The position numbers and the translations under genes are program-made. The notes under the pieces were generated by a model. That model was not told where the DNA came from. It searched no databases and saw only the letters and a program-made list of their open reading frames with translations. From Octopus sinensis (lineage: Eukaryota), in the NCBI RefSeq assembly GCF_006345805.1, contig NC_042997.1:105214001-105278000 (forward strand): a stretch of 64,000 nt of DNA, given 5' to 3'. Shown here piece after piece: positions 28,911-40,175 of the stretch. Numbering within the stretch: position 1 is the first letter of the stretch; each line of letters opens with the position of its first letter.

Positions 28911-29282
28911 TATATTTCATCTCTATGCATATGTGCATACATATCATACACAGCATACATACAAGCATACATACAAACATATAGACACTCACATAGATAC
29001 GCACACACAAGCGTATATGACAATTCAAAATGGAAGATGGAAACGATTAGCGGAATAAGAACGAAATACAATGAAACATAAAAATGAGAAGCCCAGTTGA
29101 AGTTAGATAAATTGAAATTCCCTGTTATTGCATCTCTAGATGCGCGAGTAATAGAGGGAATATCACTGAGGTAATGAACAGACAAGTACAAGACATGAAG
29201 GGTAACTTACAAGTAGCATGAAAAATTGCAGATAGAAAAACTACAATAACAGTATATAAGTTTGTATGAATGCATATAATCC

Positions 29283-29679
29283 TTTCTACTATAAGCACAA
29301 GGCCTGAAATTTTGAGTGAGGGGGCCAGTTAATTTGATGAACCGCAGTATGCAACTGGTACTTAATTTATCGACTCCGAAAGGATGAAAAGTAAAGTCGA
29401 GCTCGACGGAATTTGAACTCAGAAAGTAGCGACGGGCGATGTACCTATTTCTTTACTACCCACAAGGGGCTACACACAGAGAGGACAAACAAGGACAGAC
29501 AAACGGATTAAGTCGATTATATCGACCTCAGTGCGTAACTGGTACTTATTTAATCGACCCCGAAAGGATGAAAGGCAAAGTCGACCTCGGCGGAATTTGA
29601 ACTCAGAACGTAGCGGCAGACGAAATACCGCCAAGCACTTCATCCGGCGTGCTAACGTTTCTGCCAGCTCACCGCCTTA
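29283..29679 (-). mobile_element. Dimeric/nested family B SINE
   Basis: A young monomer (29443-29679) with tail ttaatccgtttgtctgtccttgtttgtcc..aaagaaataggta runs straight into a second, headless B body (29283-29440). Confidence 0.85.
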
Positions 29680-29703
29680 TGAATATATATAATGTAGTGG
29701 TTA

Positions 29704-29975
29704 GGGCGCATGGCCTAGTGGTTAGGGTGTTGCTCTAATAATCGCGAGATCATGATTTCAATTCCTAGACAGGGTGGTGCGTTGTGTTCTTGAGCAAAAC
29801 ACTTTATCTCACGTTGCTTTGCGATCACTTCGACACCTGATGAGTGGCATACAGTGCACTTGTTCAGCCAACGTCGATTTGATGGAGAGAGTGAGCTAAT
29901 GTGTGGCACGATCATTTGATCACTATAAACAAATCATTTGTGCAGGGTTAGTGCGCAAAAGCTGAACGCTCATAC
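29704..29975 (+). mobile_element. tRNA-derived CORE-type SINE, family D
   Basis: Head gggcgcatggcctagtggttagg and CORE-like gttgtgttcttgagcaaaacacttt. Confidence 0.75.
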
Positions 29976-30874
29976 GTTATATAATTGTCGTGTTAGTTCT
30001 TCGTCGTAGGAAGATGAGGATGGCTGCTCTACTGAATTACCTGCTCCTCTTAGTAGCTTGCATTCAATAAACACGTACTCCCTCGACGTAATTTGATAAA
30101 AGATTTAATGTAACACAAAGCGTTTATTTTAAATTATCAATACACCCAACGAAATTCTATACTATTACCATCAACCCAATTTCACCAAGATCAAAACCCT
30201 TCATTTTTCGTTGCTCATGTCTACTCAGCTAGCAAAAATGAGTACTATGGTGATGTTGAGGCAGGCGTGGCCAGCCAGTGATAAATGGTGTACCAACCTA
30301 AAAAAAAAACCGCGTGGAGTCATTTCTCAAATGAGATTTAACGTTTATCTTTCTTGTCAGATCTTCCTATTCTTGTTGGAACTCGCTTTCAACGACGCAC
30401 CATCAGCTGTACAATAGGTTTTCATTATGTTTCCCACACTTTTCCTTAATGACCTACTTGATGTTAGGCCTAACCTCACGTACGCATGTACATAATACAC
30501 GTCTTGTAACTCTTCTTAACCTTTCACACACATGTGTCATGCACATGTAATGTAGACATTTCACACCAGATTGCTCGACTTTCAAGAACAGGGACATTCA
30601 CTAGTGATATGATGATATGACAGCCTTATTTTCTCCAGCAAGACTTAAACACTATTCCTGTACATATCAAGATAATTATTTCGCTTCACTCGTCTTACAT
30701 ACGAACAACACATAATTAGAACTGAACGAAGAGACAACATACTTTTCTCATTGCTCAAATCAAATTCGCATAGAGAATGTTGGTGAAAATGCAATGCAAG
30801 TAATATAACTCCTTTCCTGGACTAGAAAATGCTTTACCTTTGGCCATTTGCAAACTAGCATTAGAGTGTTTCTC

Positions 30875-31082
30875 AAGGCGGCGAGCTGGTAGCATCGTTA
30901 GCACGCCGCGCAAAACGCTTACAGTAATTTTGTTTGTTTTAACGTTCTTAGTTCAAATTCCGCTGAGGTCGTCTTTGCCTTTCGTCCTTCCGTTGTCGAT
31001 AAAGATAAGTATCACTTAAACACAGGGGTTGATGTAATCGACTTAAGCCGACCGCGAATTATGTGCCAAAATTTGAAATCAC
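30875..31082 (+). mobile_element. SINE family B (decayed)
   Basis: aaggcggcgagctgg..gttcaaattccgctgaggtcg..gtgccaaaatttgaaa. Confidence 0.85.
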
Positions 31083-31759
31083 TACTGCAGTGCCAAAATT
31101 TAAAATCAATATTACAGTGTTGCTCTTATATTTAGTTCTGTGTTGCATCTACCCACGCGAACATTCTTGACTTCGTGATAGCAGGTCGTTCGTATAATCG
31201 GCTGACATTTATTGACCAACGTACTGCAGCTACTAGCGGAAAGATACTTCACTTCTTCTCTGTTTTTTTGTTATTGTAACTATAACTACTGACCCAATAT
31301 GCTAAGCAACACCTTGGCATGTTCTTCAGGTGCACATGAGTTTCATTTCCTCCACACCATTCCTATGTTGTTCCTCTCAGAAACGCAGCACCAAAATCTT
31401 TTCAACCCGGAACCAGTCTCTTCTAGAAATTCTTCTATGTTTTCCTACAGGTATTGGTCTACTCAGTTAATTGCTAGTACACATTATTATTATCCTCCTC
31501 TCTGGACCAACAAAAATAGAAACTAGGAATAATAGACTTTCGTTGTGGCTTCTACAGAGAAAAACCTGTTACAACCGTCCGCAGCAGTGTAATTATTTTA
31601 TTCTTATCGCACTGTCTATAGTTAGTGAGATGCCTGATGCAGACCACATGACTGCCGGTTCAATCCCACTGCGCGCTTCCTTCGTCATGTGTCCTCTACT
31701 ATATCCTCGGATTTTCCTGACCTGACCTAGTATTTACATATATTCATACATATATACAA

Positions 31760-31800
<41 letters not shown>

Positions 31801-32458
31801 CGCGTGCACGTGTGTGTATTTATGTATGCACAAATATGTAATATATATATATATATATTCCTCAAATTTCATTAACCTCTTTACTTTGTCGGATAGCATT
31901 GCGATATCTGGAGTTCGTCACCTTATTTTTCATCCAAACATTCTCTGCTAAAATGAGAAAATTTCCTCGCAAGCATGATAGTGCTTATTTCAAAATCACT
32001 CATGGGTAAAATTCTTACCAAATTCTAAAGAATTAAAAATACAGAATTTAGTAACGAACGTGTAAAATTGTACAATATATCCTAGTATTTGCTGTTATTT
32101 GTTTAACCAGTTGATTTTAACGTATCTTTTGGTTGTATAAATATCATATTTAAGCACCCAATTGTAAAATTTTGCTTTCTAACATATATTATTTGTGTAA
32201 GATTTTTAGTTAGCCTTCGTTTTAACTGTTTTTTCGTGTATGCCTTACTCATTTTTCGGTATATAATTTATAGTTCATATCTTTGTAAATGTATCAAGCA
32301 TTAAATAATTTAAATATCGTGAATTACATTATATTTGTGCATGTGCACACATTATTTTGGACAAGTATACTATGTCCAAATAAGGCTATAACCTACAAAG
32401 AAACCTTTGATCATGTGGGAAGGCATTGACACGAAATTTGTACTGTGGTATATCGCAC

Positions 32459-32507
<49 letters not shown>

Positions 32508-32521
32508 TATCATCATCATCA

Positions 32522-32577
<56 letters not shown>

Positions 32578-33130
32578 GAGTGAGAGAGCAGTTCATGCCA
32601 TCAAAGTGACACTGGGGTAAAATATACGAAGCCCAATATACCCATCATGACTACCCGTCTGATAAAGGTACACCAGGCACATGCATCACAACCATATGTG
32701 CGCGACATGGTGATCTCATATCAAGATAAACAGCACATGACCTTGCAGGTGGGGCCCAGTTAGAATTTTCTTCAGGTTGAGTAGCCCATCCTGCTCAAAA
32801 GGTCCCTGAATAAGGGTTGCTTTAGGATGTTGAACGAAACACCTATGTTTCCAGAGGTGAACCATTCAAACTCCAAAGAATCCCTCTCAACACATGGCCA
32901 TGATGCTCCCCCACTACTTCTGCTCGTGATCAGAGATGCATGTATTGTCAGCCACTAAGGGACATGCTCAACCGGTTAAGGTCAAACAACTGACAAGCAA
33001 ATCTGTGGTATTGAGCAGAATATTTGCTGTAGCCCATCTTTTATACCAAGACAAAACAATGTACATGATAACACTTCCAATCAGTTAAGATCAGAAGCCA
33101 TGAGAGCCACTGCCTGGTACTGCATCAGGG

Positions 33131-33131
<1 letters not shown>
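32578..33131 (-). mobile_element. ~550-nt non-coding element inserted in an (ATT)n tract; possibly an R4/Dong-type LINE 3' UTR or derivative
   Basis: A more GC-balanced island with sharp edges, flanked on both sides by (ATT)n. The minus strand ends ..gctctctcactc(AAT)n. R4/Dong elements are known to target TAA repeats; the family assignment is inference. Confidence 0.4.
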
Positions 33132-33167
<36 letters not shown>

Positions 33168-33173
33168 AACCCT

Positions 33174-33385
33174 AAGGCGGTGATCTGGCAGAATCATTAG
33201 CATGCTTGGTAACAGTGCTTAGCGACATTTCGTCCACTTTACGTTCTGAGTTTAAATTTCATCGTGGTAGTCTTTACCTTTCATTATTTCGAGGTCGATA
33301 AAGTAAGTACCAGTTTAACACTGGGGTCGATGTACCCCTCTCTCAAAATTGCTGAGCTTGAGCCAAAATTTGAAATCGTTATTAT
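33174..33385 (+). mobile_element. SINE family B
   Basis: Family B head, body and tail. Confidence 0.85.
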
Positions 33386-33392
33386 TAATACT

Positions 33393-33780
33393 AACGTGGC
33401 GAGTTAACAGAATAATTAGCTCACCTGACAAAATGCTAAGCTGAATTTCGTCTGCCGCTACGTTCTGAGTTCAAATTCCGCCGAGGTCGACTTTACCATT
33501 CATCCTTTCGGGGTCGATTAAATAAGTACCAGTTACGCACTGGGATCGATATATTCGACTTAATCCGTTTGTCTGTCCTTGTTTGTCTCTTCTGTGCTTA
33601 GCCGCTTGTGGGTAGTAAAGAAATAGGTATTTCATCCGCTTCACGTTCGGAGTTCAATTTCCACAGCGGACGACTTTACCTGTCAACATTTTTAGGTCGG
33701 AAAAATGAGAAGCAGTTATGCACTGGAGTCGAAGAAATCGACTAACCCAGTTTTCCACAATTTCAGGCCTTGGTCCTATT
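33393..33780 (+). mobile_element. Dimeric/nested family B SINE
   Basis: Same architecture as 29283-29679: the tail ..aaagaaataggta joins tttcatccg.. of a second body. Confidence 0.82.
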
Positions 33781-34329
33781 AACCCTCCCTTATATACTCA
33801 GTAGTTATTTTAATGTTTGTCTACATATAAACATGTATATGAATTTGCGCGTTTGTAAGTGTGAAAGTGCGCGTTTGTATGTACATACGAGTATGTGTTT
33901 AAGTGTAATACAATATTTCTCTTCTACCACGATCGTTCAAATACGGCAGCCATTTCCATCTTATTTGAAGTTATGCTCACTGTTATAGTAAGATTGCTAT
34001 CTTTCCATTCTTACTTTGATTTCAATCAGTATGGCAGACTTAACGAAATACGATGTTAATTGCTTGCTGGCTTCAGCAGACAGACATTGAAACACATCAG
34101 TTTGTTTCAGGTCAGACTTAATTAAACTGAAATTTAGTGTAGGCTGTTCTTCGACAGCTGTCCAACTTTTTTTTAAGTGGCACAATAAAAAAATAATGCT
34201 ATGGGTGAGGAGGAGGAGGGGCGGCGAAGGTGAAGGAGATTTTCTTTATTTACTTCAAGTGCACTATAAATACAAAACACTAAGGTGTATCACGACTACA
34301 ATTTTTAAGGTATACATATATATATATAT

Positions 34330-34488
34330 ATGTGTCTGACTGCGTGGTAAGAAGCTTGCTTCTCATCCACATGGTTCTAGGTTCAGTCCCACTGTGTGAG
34401 ACAAATGTCTTCTACTATAGCCTTGGGCTGACCAATGCCTTTTGAGTGGATTTGGTAGAGAGAAACTGAAACAAGCCCGCTGTGTATG

Positions 34489-34580
<92 letters not shown>

Positions 34581-34820
34581 TGTATACGTATATATCTATG
34601 TGTGTGTGCCTTTGCGCCTGTGCTTACCCTCCCCCTATCACCGCTTGATAACTGGTATTATTGTGTTTATATGTCCGTAACTTAGCGGTTCGGCAAAAGA
34701 GAGAATAGAATAAGTACTAGGCTTTAAAATAAGACCTGAGATCGATTTCTTCGACTAAAACTCAAGGGGTGTATTCCAGCATGGTCGCAGTCAAATGACT
34801 GAAACAAATAAAGAATAAAA

Positions 34821-34822
<2 letters not shown>
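34330..34822 (+). mobile_element. SINE family A
   Basis: Head with a diagnostic small deletion (gtgagacaaatg), internal (CT)n(AT)n(GT)n, and tail. Confidence 0.88.
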
Positions 34823-34872
<50 letters not shown>

Positions 34873-35136
34873 TTTGCAATTAAGGACAACTACTTAATAA
34901 GGAAAAACTTAACAAGAAATTGTCAGGTAGATAGCGTAAAACTCTCATAAGAGAAAAAATTTCGAAAATAATATTTCTATTGAACATATTAATTATATAT
35001 AGAGGGCATAATTATACATACCTGCCAGGAGGCATTATATATACATGCCGAACGCTAAAGGGACAATCAGTCATTTCTAACAAAAATATTACTAATCCCA
35101 CCGAATGCAATTTTTCAAAGTAAGAATTTAAAATAT

Positions 35137-35183
35137 AGGCCTGTATCACAGTGATTTCATACTTACGTAATCATCAGCAGCCT
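35137..35183 (-). ncRNA. Type I hammerhead ribozyme, array copy 1 (1-nt deletion in helix I)
   Basis: Minus strand: aggctg CTGATGA ttac-gtaa-gtat GAAA tcactgtgat a caggcct. Confidence 0.75.
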
Positions 35184-35614
35184 GATGTATTATAAATAAA
35201 CAACGACCCTGCCTCGCTTAAGCCGAACAGCTAACTGATCAACATCAACGAAGCACATGGGTGAGTTTATATATATTACATCCGGGTGAATGGCAAACTT
35301 TTACAAAATTGCATTTCGAGAGGAAAAGTTTTTTCGGAATAAAAATTTTGCAATTAAGGACAACTACTTAGTAAGGCAAACTTAACAAGAAATTGTCAGG
35401 TAGATAGCGTAAAAACCTCATAAGAGAAAAAATTTCGAAAATAATTATTTCTTATTGAACATATAATTTATATATAGAGGGCATAATTAATACATACATG
35501 GCCAGAGGCATTATATATACATGCCGAACGCTAAGAGGGACAATCAGTCATTTCTACCAAAAATATTACTAATCCCACCGAATGCAATTTTTCAAAGTAA
35601 GACATTTAAAATAT

Positions 35615-35662
35615 AGGCCTGTATCACAGTGATTTCATACTTACGTAATCATCAGCAGGCCT
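35615..35662 (-). ncRNA. Type I hammerhead ribozyme, array copy 2 (intact)
   Basis: Minus strand: aggcctg CTGATGA ttac-gtaa-gtat GAAA tcactgtgat a caggcct. 7-bp helix I, GUAA-capped helix II with a U.U closing pair, quasi-palindromic helix III, AUA triplet. Confidence 0.85.
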
Positions 35663-36090
35663 GAATGTATTATAAATAAAACGACCCTGCCTCGCTTAAG
35701 CCGAACAGCTAACTGATCAACATCAACGAAGCACATGGGTGAGTTTATATATATTACATCCGGGTGAATGGCAAACTTTTACAAAATTGCATTTCGGGAG
35801 AGGAAAAGTTTTTTCGGAATAAAAATTTTGTGCAATTAAGGACAACTACTTAGTAAGGAAAACTTAACAAGAAATTGTCAGTAGATAGCGTAAAAACCTC
35901 ATAAGAGAAAAAATTTCGAAAATAATTATTTCTTATTGAACATATTAATTTATATATAGGGCATAATTATACATACATGCCAGGAGGCTTATATTATACA
36001 TGCCGAACGCTAAGAGGGACTCAGTCATTCTACCAAAAATATTACTAATCCACCGAATGCAATTTTTCAAAGTAAGACATTTAAAAATAT

Positions 36091-36137
36091 AGGCCTGTAT
36101 CACAGTGATTTCATACTTACGTAATCATCAGCAGCCT
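36091..36137 (-). ncRNA. Type I hammerhead ribozyme, array copy 3 (1-nt deletion in helix I)
   Basis: Same as copy 1. Confidence 0.75.
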
Positions 36138-36640
36138 GAATGTATTATAAATAAACAACGACCCTGCCTCGCTTAAGCCGAACAGCTAACTGATCAACAT
36201 CAACGAAGCACATGGTGACTTTATATATATTACATACATCCGGGTGAATGGCAAACTTTTACAAAATTGCATTTCGGGAGAGGAAAAGTTTTTTCGGAAT
36301 AAAAATTTTGCAATTAAGGACAACTACTTAGTAAGGAAAACTTAACAAGAAATTGTCAGGTAGATAGCGTAAAAACCTCATAAGAGAAAAAATTTCGAAA
36401 ATAATTATTTCTTATTGAACATATTAATTTATATATAGAGGGCATAATTATACATACATGCCAGGAGGCATTATATATACATGCCGAACGCTAAGAGGGA
36501 CAATCAGTCATTTCTACCAAAAATATTACTAATCCCACCGAATGTAATATATATAAACTCACCCATGTGCTTCGTTGATGTTGATCAGTTAGCTGTTCGG
36601 CTTAAGCGAGGCAGGGTCGTTGTTTATTTATAATACATTC

Positions 36641-36688
36641 AGGCCTGCTGATGATTACGTAAGTATGAAATCACTGTGATACAGGCCT
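36641..36688 (+). ncRNA. Type I hammerhead ribozyme, array copy 4 (intact)
   Basis: aggcctg 36641-47, CTGATGA 36648-54, helix II 36655-66, GAAA 36667-70, helix III to 36680, A17 at 36681, caggcct 36682-88. Confidence 0.85.
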
Positions 36689-37117
36689 ATATTTTTAAAT
36701 GTCTTACTTTGAAAAATTGCATTCGGTGGGATTAGTAAATTTTTGGTAGAAATGACTGATTGTCCCTCTTAGCGTTCGGCATGTATATATAATGCCTCCT
36801 GGCATGTATGTTTAATTTGCCTCTATATATAAATTAATATGTTCAATAAGAAATAATTATTTTCGAAATTTTTCTCTTATGAGGTTTTTACGCTATCTAC
36901 CTGACAATTTCTGTTAAGTGTTCCTTATTAAGTAGTTGTCCTTAATTGCAAAATTTTTATTCCGAAAAACTTTTCCTCTCCCGAAATGCAATTTTGTAAA
37001 AGTTTGCCATTCACCCGGATGTAATATATATAAACTCACCCATGTGCTTCGTTGATGTTGATCAGTTAGCTGTTCGGCTTAAGCGAGGCAGGGTCGTTGT
37101 TTATTTATAATACATTC

Positions 37118-37165
37118 AGGCCTGCTGATGATTACGTAAGTATGAAATCACTGTGATACAGGCCT
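37118..37165 (+). ncRNA. Type I hammerhead ribozyme, array copy 5 (intact)
   Basis: Identical motif 477 nt downstream of copy 4. A17 at 37158. Confidence 0.85.
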
Positions 37166-37344
37166 ATATTTTTAAATGTCTTACTTTGAAAAATTGCATT
37201 CGGTGGGATTAGTAATATTTTTGGTAGAAATGACTGATTGTCCCTCTTAGCGTTCGGCATGTATATATAATGCCTCCTGGCATGTATGTATAATTATGCC
37301 CTCTATATATAAATATATATATATATATAAATACATATACATAT

Positions 37345-37523
37345 ATCCACTCAAAAGGCATTGGTCAGCCCAAGGCTATAGTAGAATCATTTGTCTCACA
37401 CAGTGGGACTGAACCTAGAACCATGTGGATGAGAAGCAAGCTTCTTACCACGCAGTCAGACACATATATATATATATACCTTAAAAATTGTAGTCGTGAT
37501 ACACCTTAGTGTTTTGTATTTAT
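37345..37523 (-). repeat. Inverted local duplicate of 34266-34451 (unique flank plus SINE A head)
   Basis: Reverse complement matches the non-repeat flank ataaatacaaaacactaaggtgtatcacgactac and the copy-specific SINE deletion. Confidence 0.9.
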
Positions 37524-37881
37524 GTTCAGTCAAACATATCAGCCTTGTCTTACGACACCAAACATTGTAACTTGATACTAACACACGGACGTAGAGGGGA
37601 ACCAACAAAAATTTCTAAGACCAGTAATTTGACTATACTCTATCAATCAAATCCTGTTCAAAACTTGTACCGATTTGAGCCATGAACTCCTTATAAAAAT
37701 GGGGCAATCTTCAAACACTAATGAGCAGCAAGACAGCTGGGACATAAGCCACGTCTTTGTATAAGAACGTTTTGAAAATCAGGGTAAACTGTGAAACCGG
37801 TTAAAGCTTTAAATATATTTTAAATACATTAATAAAGCATATTTTAACTATTCTCGGTGCATTTTCAACTTTATCTTTTCA

Positions 37882-37923
<42 letters not shown>

Positions 37924-37935
37924 TATAGCATATTC

Positions 37936-37983
<48 letters not shown>

Positions 37984-38379
37984 TATGCTATACATACATC
38001 TTATATATATATATATATATGAAAAGATAAAGTTGAAAATGCACCGAGAATAGTTAAAATATGCTTTATTAACGTATTTAAAATATATTTAAAGCTTTAA
38101 CCGGTTTCACAGTTTACCCTGATTTTCAAAACGTTCTTATACAAAGACGTGGCTTATGTCCCAGCTGTTTTGCTTCTCATTAGTGTTTGAAGATTGCCCC
38201 ATTTTTATAAGGAGTTCATGGCTCAAATCGGTACAAGTTTTGAACAGGATTTGATTGATAGAGGATCGTCAAATTACTGGTCTTAGATATTTTTGTTGGT
38301 TCCCCTCTACGTCCGTGTGTTAGTATCAAGTTACAATGTTTGGTGTCGTAAGACAAGGCTGATATGTTTGACTGAACAT
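37522..38379. repeat. ~860-nt near-perfect palindrome centred on (AT)n
   Basis: atgttcagtcaaac... mirrors ...gtttgactgaacat. The arms differ by a handful of substitutions. There is a nested tatagcatattcat/atgaatatgctata inversion in the centre. Confidence 0.92.
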
Positions 38380-39058
38380 TTCCAAGCAATCAATGCTATG
38401 AATGCTTTCTTTCAAGTTTTGTAGAGATTTACAGATGTATGAAAATATATATATATATATTTTTCCTGCTACGTTCGTGCGTTAGTATTACGTGACAGTA
38501 TATTTTGCGCCTAAATAGAAGCCCGACACAGTTAAGTGAACATGTTTAGTAATAATCAAGGCACTCCAAAATTAATCTATCTGGTGGGAGAGTGAACAGG
38601 AGTCGTTTGTACGTAGTGCAGTTTGTACATTTGTATGAATGTACTTCCTTTGTTTATCCGTACTTCATCTGTGGTATTCGCTGAACATAGGTATATGGGG
38701 AGGACCTAGAATTTAGGGAACTTACCTATTGCACATGTCTTTGTAAACACTCAGTGGAATCTGTATCGTACTAGGGTCTCGTATTTGCTGTCGGTGAAAG
38801 GTCAGTCTATTTCTTAGAGTAAACTTTGTTTGACCTATGTAACCTTCAGTACATGCTTGACATTTGATGGCGTAGAACATGTAAAGAACATGTAGAGTGA
38901 TTTTTACGGTAAAAGTCTATCCTGATTTGAATTTGTATGTTGTGGCGGCAACACTGCATTGCTTCAAAGGGAAAATATTTTGGGAGCGATAAAAGTGGAA
39001 ACACGGAAAACTAAGTGAATAAAATAAAATTGCAAAATTCCGATATATGCATGTACAT

Positions 39059-39105
<47 letters not shown>

Positions 39106-39168
39106 CATGGGTATGTATATATGTGAATATGTATATGTATATATATACATATATATATATGTTTATAC

Positions 39169-39200
<32 letters not shown>

Positions 39201-39379
39201 GTACGTCCTTCTCTAATTCCATTTATCTTCCCCTTCCTCCTTCACCGTTTTCTATCTCTATCTCTCTCTCTCTCCCCTCTCTATCCGCTCTTTTTCTTTT
39301 TCTTGTTGATCTTTCTTTTCCTCACGTACACCATCTCCCACTGGCTGTCCACGCCTGTCTCGATATCACTATAGTATTC

Positions 39380-39525
39380 ATTTTTGCTAGCTGAGTTGAC
39401 ATGAGCAACGAGAAATGAAGGGTTTTGATCAAGGGCTCAACGCATCTCGTGCTCCAGGAATCGAAACCACAATGCTAAGATCATGAAGCCAACACGCTAG
39501 CCACTATGTCACTTGCCTCCGCAGC
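39380..39525 (-). mobile_element. Decayed tRNA/CORE-type SINE; related fragment on + at about 30170-30240
   Basis: B-box-like ggtttcgattcc on the minus strand. Shares the block gatcaaaacccttcattt.tcgttgctcatgtc.actcagctagcaaaaatga.ta with 30187-30245. Confidence 0.65.
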
Positions 39526-40122
39526 TACATAAATATCAATAACGTTTAGCGAGAGCATGCTACATGCTACCAAATAATATTTACTTCTCAATGGGGACTA
39601 TGTATAATAATTCATGCTATTATAGCTTTTTAAAACTGAATATTCATTATTCGATGCTTTTACATCTGTCTGTTAAGAGATGGGTTAACCATTGCAAACT
39701 CGTTCGCTATGTCTGTATACATAAAATCATGTATGCATATGTCTCTATGCATTGCATGTAACACATGATAAAAAACAAAACGGAACATATGTAGTATAAA
39801 TAAGGAACGATGATGGGAGGAAATTGGGAGTGAAAATATAGAGTAAGTGTTATCATTATGTACTGGGGACATCGTATAGTGATAACAGCGTTAGAAAGGA
39901 AATACGTCAATGGAAACTTGATGAATTGACCAGCATCGGAACCTTGTACGAGAAGGGAGGATGTTACAGTGGATAAGATGAAGAAAATAAGATGCCCTGA
40001 AAGCGCGACAAAGAGGAAGCCAGGGACGGAAGTTAAAGTAATAGTGTTGAGAGATGATGTAATGTAATAAAATATCTGCAAACATGCTGAAAATATAAGT
40101 AAAACATACGTTTACAGATGTA

Positions 40123-40175
<53 letters not shown>

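Larger units (their letters stand above)
34867..37314. repeat. ~477-nt tandem array with an internal inversion (about 3.5 units in one orientation, about 1.6 units inverted); retrozyme-like
   Basis: Unit starts at about 34867, 35342, 35822 and 36302. Orientation flips at 36542-36544 (atg microhomology). No ORF of 60 aa or more. One hammerhead motif per unit. Confidence 0.92.

Noticed and set aside
29832-29880. CTGATGAG in the family D SINE
   Set aside because: No downstream GAAA box or compatible helices.
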